NCBI GenBank assembly: GCA_038891615.1
Contig: JAWADY010000001.1
Location: 32,001 to 96,000 of the forward strand
DNA from: Candidatus Woesearchaeota archaeon
GTDB lineage: Archaea > Nanobdellota > Nanobdellia > Woesearchaeales > ARS49
Reading direction: 5' to 3'
DNA: 64,000 bases
The notes under the pieces are model-generated. The model worked only from the letters and a program-made list of their open reading frames with translations, was not told where the DNA came from and did no database searches. Position numbers and translations under genes: made by a program. Below, one piece after another: positions 37,705 through 46,634 of the stretch; positions within the stretch are counted from its first letter, which is position 1; each line of letters opens with the position of its first letter.

Positions 37705-37731
37705 CTGGCAATAAAAAACAAACATCCTAAA

Positions 37732-38802
37732 ATGCCGTCAAAAAGAGGTCAGCTGACACTTTTTATAATGATTGGAGTTTTTGTTCTTATTCTGCTGGTA
37801 GCTGCAGTATACCTAAACAGCTATCTGCAGGCAAAGAAATCTGAAAAGGTCCTTTTGACAACCCTTAAGCTTGCGCATCGTCCAGAAGTAATCACTCCAA
37901 CAGTCTGTGCTGATGGCACTGAGATTGGAAGCTGTTCAAAAACAAAGCCCTTCTTTTGCAACAAACAAAAAAGGTTAGTTGCAGACTGTCAGCGTTGTGG
38001 CTGCTTTCCAGGTAGTGACTGCCTTCCTGACGGGACCTGCACCAAACCTATTTTTACAGAAGGCAACTTTACCATTTACTTTTTGCCAATAAATTATGCA
38101 CCAAACGAATCAGGCTTTCTTAGTAGGGTTGCTGTTCTAAAGGAGCTACTTCAGGCAGAGTTGGGGCTTTCTGAAAAAAATTTTGTAATCATAGACGAAT
38201 CTCTTTTTTTTCCAACCACAGAGTGTAATCAAACAGCAAGCCAACTTCATCGTTTTGTTGATGTGTGGGCACAAAAGCGCACAGGCGCTGGTCTTGGAGG
38301 TGTAAAATTTACAGCCGGCATTCCTATTTATGATTACAGGATAATTGGTTTGGACAAGAACAACCAATCAATCGAGAACTGTGGCTGTGGATACACCTTT
38401 ATGTATTCACCATTAATTTACATAGGTGGAGCGGCCTGCAGCTTACAGCAAAATGCGCTGGCACACGAGATAGGACATAGCTTTGGTCTTTGCGACGAAT
38501 ACGACACTTGTGTTTGGCAGGCAACCTCTCTTGAGCTTTCAAACGCCTATGGTCATCCTTGTTTCAATAAAATGCCTGATGAAAATAATAGCAACTGCGG
38601 AAAGCGTTGTTGTGCAGGCGAAGAAGGACATCCTTTTGGCAAGGCATGTTGTGCTGGTAAATATGCAGACAAAAAAGAAGATGGCTGGTTTAGCTACCTT
38701 GGCTCTTCTAACATCCCCCCTCCTCGAAGGTCAACAGCAGAAATGAAAGCAGTCATTTTGGAATTTTTGTGCACCAATCTTGGGGTGTGTCAAGATGTTT
38801 GA
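37732..38802 (+). CDS. Cys-rich secreted zinc metallopeptidase with class III (prepilin-like) signal peptide
   Basis: MPSKRG/QLTLFIMIGVFVLILL N-terminus; AHEIGHSFGLCDEY zincin motif; many Cys. Confidence 0.8.
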   Translation: MPSKRGQLTLFIMIGVFVLILLVAAVYLNSYLQAKKSEKVLLTTLKLAHRPEVITPTVCADGTEIGSCSKTKPFFCNKQKRLVADCQRCGCFPGSDCLPDGTCTKPIFTEGNFTIYFLPINYAPNESGFLSRVAVLKELLQAELGLSEKNFVIIDESLFFPTTECNQTASQLHRFVDVWAQKRTGAGLGGVKFTAGIPIYDYRIIGLDKNNQSIENCGCGYTFMYSPLIYIGGAACSLQQNALAHEIGHSFGLCDEYDTCVWQATSLELSNAYGHPCFNKMPDENNSNCGKRCCAGEEGHPFGKACCAGKYADKKEDGWFSYLGSSNIPPPRRSTAEMKAVILEFLCTNLGVCQDV

Positions 38803-39469
38803 AAAGGAAAGAAAAGGTTGGCAAAGGGCATGTATTACCTACTTCGGCATCATTCTTTTCTTTGTTTTGCTATCAAAAGTTGTCCTAGCAGAGTCTGAAA
38901 AGGTATTAAATTTTGACTTTATTGTTATGAAAAATGGCAGTGCACAGTTCAGCGATGCGAGGGTAAGTTTTGGTACCGCTGACCAGCCAAGCAGCCTTAG
39001 ACAGGATTGGTCTATTCGGTTTGGCAATTATTTTAGCTACATCCCACTTGTTTTTGTTCTTTATAAGGATCCGCCAGTGCTTGTTGACAGTTTGTTGGTA
39101 TCAAAAAAGCTTCCCTACACAAACAACACTGGTGTTCTTGAAGTTGCTTTCAAAAACAAAACCGTCCTGGCTTTTGATTTGGTGAAGCTTTGTGATGGAG
39201 ATAGCTTTTGTGAAGAGTTTGAAAACGCCCTCAGTTGTCCTTCTGATTGCCCTCTTGACAGGGTTGATGAGCTTTGCATTCCTGCTTTTGATGGCATCTG
39301 TGACCCAGACTGCATTGGCTCGTTAGACACTGATTGCATTGAAAAACAACTCCGCCCTTCACCGCTTACTGGCTCGACAATAATGCTTGTTTTAATTGCA
39401 GCAGTCATTTTATTTGTTATTGCTTTTCTTTTTCATTACATGAGAAGGAGGAAAGATACTTTTAAATAG
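38795..39469 (+). CDS. secreted Cys-rich protein with C-terminal membrane anchor
   Basis: Signal peptide; CDGDSFCEEFENALSCPSDC and DGICDPDC motifs; TM followed by RRRK; overlaps the upstream stop. Confidence 0.75.
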   Translation: MFEKERKGWQRACITYFGIILFFVLLSKVVLAESEKVLNFDFIVMKNGSAQFSDARVSFGTADQPSSLRQDWSIRFGNYFSYIPLVFVLYKDPPVLVDSLLVSKKLPYTNNTGVLEVAFKNKTVLAFDLVKLCDGDSFCEEFENALSCPSDCPLDRVDELCIPAFDGICDPDCIGSLDTDCIEKQLRPSPLTGSTIMLVLIAAVILFVIAFLFHYMRRRKDTFK

Positions 39470-39506
39470 ACGAGTAGCAAAGGGATGGCTTGAAAAGGGG
39501 TGTGAC

Positions 39507-40772
39507 ATGTCAAATATCCTTTCTGTCAAGGCAAGGCAGGTGTTTGATTCGAGAGGGAATCCAACAGTTGAGGCAGAGGTACGTACTGCAAAAGGGGTTT
39601 TTACAGCAATAGCGCCTTCTGGCGCAAGCGTGGGCAGACATGAAGCGCTGGAACTTCGCGATGGCGGTGCTGCATATCTTGGTAAAGGGGTTCTAAAGGC
39701 GGTTGGGAATGTCAATAGGTTGATCGCAAAAGCGATTGTTGGAATGAGCTGCATCAATCAGCGTGAAATAGATAAGACTTTGATAGAACTCGATGGGACA
39801 GAAAACAAATCAAGATTGGGAGCTAACGCAACGATTGCTGTTAGCATGGCCGTCTGCAGGGCTGGCGCTGCAGAGCAGCGAGTGCCACTATACGAGCACA
39901 TTGCGAGGCTTTTTAAGAACAAGAGGCCACTTTTGCCAATGCCTGCCTTTAACATAATCAATGGTGGACGTCATGCTGGCAATAAGCTCGACTTCCAAGA
40001 ATACCTGTTGATTCCAAAAGGTGCAAAGTCATTTGCAGAAGCTATTCAAATTGCGACAGAGGTCTACCACATTCTAAAGGACAAGCTTGACAGAGATTTA
40101 GGGACAATGGCAACAAATGTTGGTGATGAGGGTGGTTTTGCACCACAACTGAATTGCATCGAAGAGCCATTTGATTACATTTTGGATGCGGTAAACGAGC
40201 TTGGCTATTGGAAAAAGATAGGGCTTGGCGTAGATGCTGCTGCAACAACATTTAGGGAAGGCAATGCTTACAGAGTTGAAGGTCAGAGCTATACAACTCC
40301 AGAGCTTATAGCAAAATATGAAGAACTCACAAAAAGCTATCCTTTAATTTCAATTGAAGACCCATTTCATGAGGAAGCTTTTGAAGACTTCGCAGAACTG
40401 AATGTGCGAATTGGCAAGAGAGTGCAAGTTGTTGGCGACGACCTGCTCACAACAAACATATTAAGGATAAAAAAAGCCTTATTGCACTCATCATGCACTT
40501 GTTTGCTGTTGAAGCCAAATCAGATTGGAACATTGACAGAGAGCTTTGAAGCCGCAAAGGTTGTTCTCGATGCAGGGTGGTCAGTTATGGTTTCGCACAG
40601 GTCGGGTGAAAGCGAAGATGCCTTTATTGCAGACTTGGCTGTTGGTTTGGGAGCTGGACAGATAAAAGCAGGAGCGCCCTGTCGCGGAGAACGACTTGCT
40701 AAATACAATAGACTTTTACGAATTGAAGAAGAGCTTGGAAGGAAGGCGAAGCTTGCCAAGTTTCCAAAGTGA
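39507..40772 (+). CDS. eno: enolase
   Basis: DSRGNPTVE, ELRD, VGDEGG, LLKPNQIG, SHRSGESED, IKAG. Confidence 0.97.
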   Translation: MSNILSVKARQVFDSRGNPTVEAEVRTAKGVFTAIAPSGASVGRHEALELRDGGAAYLGKGVLKAVGNVNRLIAKAIVGMSCINQREIDKTLIELDGTENKSRLGANATIAVSMAVCRAGAAEQRVPLYEHIARLFKNKRPLLPMPAFNIINGGRHAGNKLDFQEYLLIPKGAKSFAEAIQIATEVYHILKDKLDRDLGTMATNVGDEGGFAPQLNCIEEPFDYILDAVNELGYWKKIGLGVDAAATTFREGNAYRVEGQSYTTPELIAKYEELTKSYPLISIEDPFHEEAFEDFAELNVRIGKRVQVVGDDLLTTNILRIKKALLHSSCTCLLLKPNQIGTLTESFEAAKVVLDAGWSVMVSHRSGESEDAFIADLAVGLGAGQIKAGAPCRGERLAKYNRLLRIEEELGRKAKLAKFPK

Positions 40773-40793
40773 GCAAAAGGTGATAAAATTAAG

Positions 40794-42338
40794 ATGAACA
40801 AGAGCATGCTGCAAAAGCCAAAAAAGCCCTTTGTCTTAGTTATTCTTGATGGATGGGGTATAAGAAAGGACAGAAGAGGAAATGCAGTTGCACAAGCAAG
40901 GCTACCTAACTATAAATCATTTCTTAGAAAATATCCGCACACAGAACTAAAAGCAGCTGAAGAAGCTGTAGGGCTTGTCAAAGGTGCGATTGGCAATTCT
41001 GAAGTTGGGCATATGAACATAGGAGCTGGAAGAATAGTATATCAGGAGCTCGTAAGAATAAATCGCTCAATCGCTGATGGAAGCTTTTTCAGAAATCCTG
41101 TGCTTTTGGAAGCTGCCAAAAAAGTCAAAAAGGCAGGTTCTGCGCTACATCTGTTTGGGCTTTTGTCAGACGGAAAGGTACATTCTGAAATTTCGCACCT
41201 CTTTGCATTGTTGAGATTTGCAAAAAAGCAAGACATTGTTAATACTTGGATTCATTGCATCCTTGATGGCCGTGATGTTGCACCAAAGAGCGCTGAGAGG
41301 TATTTGCTAGAGTTGCAAAGGGAGATGAGAAGGATTGGTATTGGAAAGATAGCAACAGTCATTGGTCGATACTACGCAATGGACAGAGATAAGCGTTGGG
41401 AAAGAACTGAAAAGGCATACAATGCAATGTTAGGAATTGGCCCAAGGTTTAAGACCGCGCTTGGAGCTTTAAAGGGCTACTATGCCCGTGGAATCACAGA
41501 CGAGTTTGTCCTTCCAACAGTCATTGGTAATTTTGAAGGAATCAAAAATGATGATGTGCTCGTTTTCTTCAACTTTCGTTCAGACAGAGCAAGGCAGCTT
41601 ACAATGGCTTTTATTAACAAAAGGTTTGGTTGGTTCAAGCGTAAGCTGGTGAAAGTTCATTTTGTCGGAATGTGTGAATACGACCCAAAGTTTCATATAC
41701 CTGTTATCTGCCCTCCAGTCATTCCAAAAGGCATCTTAGGGGAGCTCCTCTCCAAGGCAGGACTTAGGCAGTTGAGAATTGCTGAGAGCGAAAAGTATGC
41801 TCACGTAACTTATTTCTTTAACAACGGCATTGAAAAGCCCTTTCCAAATGAAGATAGAATAATCATTCCTAGTCCAAAGGTTGCAACATACGACTTGGCA
41901 CCAGAAATGAGAACAAAGGAAATAACAGACGCGCTTTTAAACGAACTTCAAGAAGACATCTATGATTTTGCAGTTGTTAATTTTGCTAGTCCTGATATGG
42001 TTGGCCATACTGGAAAGATTGATGCAGCAATTCGTGCCCTTGAAGTTGTTGACAATCAGCTTGGTAGGATTGTACAGCTTGTGTTGGAAAAAAAAGGAGT
42101 GGTAATAATAACAGCAGACCACGGCAATTGCGAGGAGATGATAGGAAAACGACGAACATCGCACACATTGGCGCCTGTTCCTTTCATTCTTATTGATGGA
42201 CGTGTTCCGGTTGGTCTTTCGAGGCATCGCCCAGTCAGGCTTAGGAAGGGCTTGTTAGGGGATGTTGCCCCAACAATCCTCAAACTTATGGGAATAAAAA
42301 AACCAAAGGAAATGACCGGGAAAAGTTTAATGGTCTAA
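40794..42338 (+). CDS. gpmI: 2,3-bisphosphoglycerate-independent phosphoglycerate mutase (bacterial type)
   Basis: ILDGWG, GNSEVGH, GRYYAMDRD, ESEKYAHVT, DMVGHTG, TADHGN. Confidence 0.96.
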   Translation: MNKSMLQKPKKPFVLVILDGWGIRKDRRGNAVAQARLPNYKSFLRKYPHTELKAAEEAVGLVKGAIGNSEVGHMNIGAGRIVYQELVRINRSIADGSFFRNPVLLEAAKKVKKAGSALHLFGLLSDGKVHSEISHLFALLRFAKKQDIVNTWIHCILDGRDVAPKSAERYLLELQREMRRIGIGKIATVIGRYYAMDRDKRWERTEKAYNAMLGIGPRFKTALGALKGYYARGITDEFVLPTVIGNFEGIKNDDVLVFFNFRSDRARQLTMAFINKRFGWFKRKLVKVHFVGMCEYDPKFHIPVICPPVIPKGILGELLSKAGLRQLRIAESEKYAHVTYFFNNGIEKPFPNEDRIIIPSPKVATYDLAPEMRTKEITDALLNELQEDIYDFAVVNFASPDMVGHTGKIDAAIRALEVVDNQLGRIVQLVLEKKGVVIITADHGNCEEMIGKRRTSHTLAPVPFILIDGRVPVGLSRHRPVRLRKGLLGDVAPTILKLMGIKKPKEMTGKSLMV

Positions 42339-42356
42339 AACGACAGCGCGCTTTTG

Positions 42357-44168
42357 TCATTGCTCGCTTTTCTCGATAGCCAGATTGTGCGCCTTGATGT
42401 AATTTCTAATGAACTTTCTCCAATCTGCTGTTGCCGCAATCATCCGCGCAGTGAATTTGTTTTCTGTTCGTTCTTCAGGTGTCATGTGTGCATAATCGTA
42501 CATGAAGTTCGCAAGGTCCTTGATAACATCCTCATCCTTTCTTTTGTATCTTTTTAGCACAAACACACCAGGATATCTCCCTTGCTCGCATTCTGTGCAA
42601 ATGTATCTTCCAAAGCCCGAGAGGTCTGTTGTTACTGAAGAAACTCCAAGCGCGGCTGCTTCAAGTGGAGTGTAGCCCCATGGCTCGTAGAAAGAAGGAA
42701 ATATCCCAAGATGACTTCCAAGCATCGATTCATAATATGTCGTGTCAAGTAAGCCATCAGCGCCAGTGAGATAAATTGGATAAAATACAACTTTTACCCT
42801 GTCACTTTCTTCGTTTGTCAGACCAGCTACCTTCAATGAGTTTATTATCAAATCTGATTCCTCATTGTAGAGGTCGTGCGTTGATATAGGAACTTTGCCC
42901 TTTTTAAGCAGCCTCAAAGTCTTAATCCTGAGTTCCTCGAATTCTTCTTCACTGAACAACTCTTTTTTTGAAATCTCTCGATTGGCAATAAGTGCATATA
43001 AAATCCTGTCACGAATATCTTCACTCATGTCATCGACACTGTCTTTTATGTCTCCAAAAAGGGTTTTGTTCTCAAGGAGCTCAGGCTTTATCCCTTTTGC
43101 ATTTCCAGGAATCCAAAAGAATGCGACTATGGTTATTGGAGATTTTTCTTTTTTAAGTCGCTCATTTAGCAAAGAGAGTGCCTTTATGAAAATGTCAACT
43201 CCTTTATCGTGAAACTCATAACGTCCTGCAAGAAAATAAATGAGCGTCTTCTTTATCTCAAAACGGTAGTATGGAAAAAAGTAGAAAAGGATAAAATGCC
43301 TTATCCTATCATTGAATAGTTTATGCTTAACGGATGCTTCTTCAAATGTTGGAAATTTTTCCATATCAAGACCATTTGGTAGCAATAAGTCTGCCTTTCT
43401 TCCAAGAATGTGCTCGGCCTCCATCGCAGTCAGTTCGCTTACTGTGCTAAAAACATCTGCACTTTTTGCACAGGCTTGTTCTAATTGATGTTTTGCTAAC
43501 AATCCGGGCCCCCTTGCCCGCGCCTCCTGCTGTGCGTTTATTTTTGGAATTATGTCATAGAAGTCTGCCCTTTCGCTCGCCAATGCCCTACCGAGAGTAG
43601 TGGCATGGGTTGTAAAGACTGTTCCAACTTTTGCTTCCACGCTCTTTAAATAAAGTAAGCCAGCGCCTGAAAGCCATTCATGAAATTGTGCGACAACCTT
43701 TCCTCCAAAAACCTTTGCCAATTCCTCAATAACCTTCCCAGCAGCCCATGACCAAATGACAGGCTCGTCAAAATCATAGTACTCTGTGTAAAGCGAATCT
43801 ATACCATACAATTCCCACAGCCTACGCTTTATATCGTTTTTATTCTTTGCAAAATTTGTGAAATCTATGAGTATGACCAAAGGATTGCCCTTAGTGAGCC
43901 ATCTGCCACAATGGCACTCAATCCCATCCTTTCGGAGTTTGTCAAATGGCTCCTTGCATTCGGCTGGCGCAATTGTTTCTTCAAAAATTCCAGACGCCTT
44001 TTGAGGAAAATAAGGACCAAGGAGAAAATACTTTCTGCCGTAAATATTCACCATTTGTTGCGCTTTAGATTGAACAACAGTAAAAATTCCTCCAATCTTG
44101 TTGCAAACTTCCCAAGAAACCTCAAACACAATCCCTGCTTGTGGTTGAATCTCTTGTTCCTGCGCCAT
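42357..44168 (-). CDS. glycogen synthase, GT3 family
   Basis: FEVSWEVCNKIGGI, FHEWLSG, FTTHAT.LGR, AGRYEF..KG, FPSFYEPWGYTPLE. Confidence 0.92.
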   Translation of the reverse strand: MAQEQEIQPQAGIVFEVSWEVCNKIGGIFTVVQSKAQQMVNIYGRKYFLLGPYFPQKASGIFEETIAPAECKEPFDKLRKDGIECHCGRWLTKGNPLVILIDFTNFAKNKNDIKRRLWELYGIDSLYTEYYDFDEPVIWSWAAGKVIEELAKVFGGKVVAQFHEWLSGAGLLYLKSVEAKVGTVFTTHATTLGRALASERADFYDIIPKINAQQEARARGPGLLAKHQLEQACAKSADVFSTVSELTAMEAEHILGRKADLLLPNGLDMEKFPTFEEASVKHKLFNDRIRHFILFYFFPYYRFEIKKTLIYFLAGRYEFHDKGVDIFIKALSLLNERLKKEKSPITIVAFFWIPGNAKGIKPELLENKTLFGDIKDSVDDMSEDIRDRILYALIANREISKKELFSEEEFEELRIKTLRLLKKGKVPISTHDLYNEESDLIINSLKVAGLTNEESDRVKVVFYPIYLTGADGLLDTTYYESMLGSHLGIFPSFYEPWGYTPLEAAALGVSSVTTDLSGFGRYICTECEQGRYPGVFVLKRYKRKDEDVIKDLANFMYDYAHMTPEERTENKFTARMIAATADWRKFIRNYIKAHNLAIEKSEQ

Positions 44169-44255
44169 TTTGCTTTTGCAGTCTGTTGAGTAATTAAAAA
44201 TTTCACACTACTTTTAAGTAGGAATTCTTAGATGAGTCCTCTTAAGCAATCTAGC

Positions 44256-44666
44256 CTATCCAAACTGCCAGCCGATATAGCTGTCAATGCTCAGTTTTCC
44301 TGCCCCAAGCAGGAAGAGTGCAGCAGCCACAGCCAAAACAAGCAAGTCCCAGTCCCATTCGGCTTCCCCTGAAGCAAAATTCTTCTTCCACTTAAACACT
44401 TTCAGGTATAAAATGGTGATAAACTCAAAGATAATGAGGGCGGCAGCGACTCTTGTGAAGACTCCTGCGATGAGCGCAAGTCCTCCAATAAATTCAGAAA
44501 TAACAAGGAGAAATGCCCAAAAACTTCCTGGTTTAAATCCAATCCCTTTAAGCCAGCCTGCTGTCTGACTAAATCCTTTCACCTTTGGCAAGCCGTGCCC
44601 TACCATTAGTAATCCAAGTGCTGCTCTTAAGAAAACAGGCGCCCATCCAACAATCAACTCAGCCAT
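44256..44666 (-). CDS. DoxX family membrane protein
   Basis: LRAALGLLMVGHGLPK, EFIGG..LI.G..TR, GAGKLSID; SD GGAGGTGA. Confidence 0.88.
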   Translation of the reverse strand: MAELIVGWAPVFLRAALGLLMVGHGLPKVKGFSQTAGWLKGIGFKPGSFWAFLLVISEFIGGLALIAGVFTRVAAALIIFEFITILYLKVFKWKKNFASGEAEWDWDLLVLAVAAALFLLGAGKLSIDSYIGWQFG

Positions 44667-44711
44667 GTCTTCACCTCCAATTCATTCAACACTTCGCGCT
44701 CTGTGGGATGT

Positions 44712-45146
44712 TTAAAGCAGTGATGTTACGACAATGAGATATGCTGCAATAAGTAGCCACACAATATTCTCAAAAAGCTTTGACCAACTTAAAGGAACTT
44801 TTATTGCTGTTCCATAGCAGCCGCAGTTTTCCATCTTTATCTTTCTTACCAAAGCTGTGAAAACAAAAAAAGTGTTAATGAGCATTAGAAAAAAAGAAGC
44901 TATTGCGACAATCCTTAACCCAATGCCAGTGAGCAGCAAAATCCCTACTGTCATCTCAGCAAATGGGAGTATGTGTGCAGACAGCCTTGCAAGTGGGAAA
45001 GGCAAAATTCCATATTTCATAACAATCCTGCTAAATCCCTTTAGGTCCGGAATCTTGAGGACGGCGCTGAAGAAAAATATGAATCCCAAAAGGAGTCTTG
45101 CGACAAATACCGCCTCAGGGCCAATAAGATTTACGAAAGCTACCAT
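44712..45146 (-). CDS. MauE/DoxX family membrane protein
   Basis: ARLLLG..F..SA..K, LP..E..VG.LLL.G, NCGCYG. Confidence 0.85.
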   Translation of the reverse strand: MVAFVNLIGPEAVFVARLLLGFIFFFSAVLKIPDLKGFSRIVMKYGILPFPLARLSAHILPFAEMTVGILLLTGIGLRIVAIASFFLMLINTFFVFTALVRKIKMENCGCYGTAIKVPLSWSKLFENIVWLLIAAYLIVVTSLL

Positions 45147-45380
45147 CTTTTTATAGTTGTTTTTTGTATTATTTAAAAACCTATCGTAACATTGACTGTA
45201 AAGTTAGCAGCACCTATTTTGTTGCAAAAAGATAATCTAGCACCAAAAGATTATATGCTTCAGGTACCGAATACCTTGCCTCGTAGGTATATAAATTTTT
45301 TACAAGCTACCGCATAACCTTTATAATGTTCAGCAATTTATCTTGTCAAAAATCTGTGAATTAAAAGAGGTAAGGTAAAT

Positions 45381-45616
45381 ATGCCATTTGCCAGGACGCC
45401 AAGTGGTTCCGGGAAGTCCACAATGATGGCGCTGCTTGGCTGTCTTGACTTTCCATAAAAGGGAAAGGTGTTTCTTGACCAGAAAGATATAACAAAGCTA
45501 AGCGAAAACCGCTTGGCGCGCTTGCATTCTCATTCATGATATGAATGCTATCTGGCGTGCTTCCCGCATTGCAGGCATCAAGGCTGAAGCCAATAGAGTC
45601 ATTGCGCTACGAATGA
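45381..45616 (+). pseudogene. deletion remnant of a MacB/LolCDE-type ABC transporter (ATPase N-fragment plus permease C-terminus)
   Basis: PSGSGKSTMMALLGCLDFP*KGKVFLDQKDITKLSENRLARL (45381-45539, internal TAA 45456-45458), then MLSGVLPALQASRLKPIESLRYE* (45545-45616). Confidence 0.8.
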
Positions 45617-45690
45617 TGTGGTGCTGTTCTCTGCGGACGGCAGACTTAGGGAGAAAACGGGCAATGGATTTGATAGGGTTAAGTGTTATG

Positions 45691-46308
45691 TTATGCGCTT
45701 TCTGTGCGTGCCTTCTTAAGTGCTCTTGCCCACCAGAGAAGCTCATTAAGGAATCTCTCCACAGGATCGCCCATAGTGCCTTTACGCACTGGTTCGAACA
45801 TTTCAGGACCCTGAGGACCTTTGCCCATCATCGCCGCAAAAAATATATCAACTGGAATATGAATTGAGTTTCTAATAGGTGCCATTTGAAGTTCAATGGC
45901 AACTTGCCGAAGCTGTTCAACTGCGCGAGCACCTAAAGCACTGCCATAACTTACAAAACCGACTGGTTTTCTATTCCATTCTGGGTATATCACATCCATT
46001 GCGTTTTTGAGAACCGCAGGATAGCCATGATTATATTCCGGGGTTACTATAATAAACGCGTCTCCATCATTAATTTTTTCTGACCATTTTTTTACTACTT
46101 CATTTGGATATTGTCTCTTTGCCATCGAAGGTGATATTGTTTCATCAAAAAATGGCATCGGATAATCGCGCAGATCTAGGAGCTCAGCTTCCACATCTTT
46201 CAGCTTTTTTATTTCTTCAAAAATCCACTGTGCCGGTTTTTCGCTGAAACGATTTTGCCTAGTGCTGCCAATAATGATTTTAATTTTAATACTGCTCATA
46301 CTATTCAT
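45691..46308 (-). CDS. NADPH-dependent FMN reductase (flavodoxin-like)
   Basis: IIGSTR..RFS, TPEYNHGYPAVLKNA.D, KPVGFVSYG...GARAVEQLR. Confidence 0.92.
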   Translation of the reverse strand: MNSMSSIKIKIIIGSTRQNRFSEKPAQWIFEEIKKLKDVEAELLDLRDYPMPFFDETISPSMAKRQYPNEVVKKWSEKINDGDAFIIVTPEYNHGYPAVLKNAMDVIYPEWNRKPVGFVSYGSALGARAVEQLRQVAIELQMAPIRNSIHIPVDIFFAAMMGKGPQGPEMFEPVRKGTMGDPVERFLNELLWWARALKKARTESA

Positions 46309-46633
46309 TACCTCCTTGATTTATTTTATAAAATTTTTGTTTTTGAACTTCTTTTGATAAATTCTTCAGAATTCTGAGAATATAATCTGTGTTAATTGTG
46401 TAAGATATTTCTTGTCCTTTTCTTTCGTTAATCACGATATTGTTGTTTTTAAGTAGTCTAAGATGCTGTGATACTGCAGGTTGAGACAGTCCAGCTATCT
46501 TGACCAATTCCCTAACTGTTTTTTGTCCATTAAGCAGAGCCTCCACAATTTTATAGCGAGATGTACTCTCTATACTTTTACCAAATTTTTCTATCTCATT
46601 TGTGAACAGACATAGATGACTTTTACTTTACAT
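46301..46633 (-). CDS. ArsR/SmtB family transcriptional regulator, apparently with a nonsense codon at position 2 (GTG 46546 gives a truncated form)
   Basis: TVRELVKIAGLSQPAVSQHLRLLK..IV..ERKGQEISY wHTH; frame extends upstream (FTNEIEKFGKSIESTSRYKIV) to ATG 46633 followed at once by TAA. Confidence 0.75.
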
Positions 46634-46634
46634 C

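Noticed and set aside
37385-37731. ORFs 37385..37669(-), 37516..37725(-) and the 37606 start of the peptidase
   Set aside because: They are translations of the tRNA and the repeat; the class III signal places the real start at ATG 37732.
45456-46630. Stop-codon reassignment suggested by two in-frame TAA codons
   Set aside because: TAA, TAG and TGA all end conserved genes at the expected positions in this window; local decay explains both cases.
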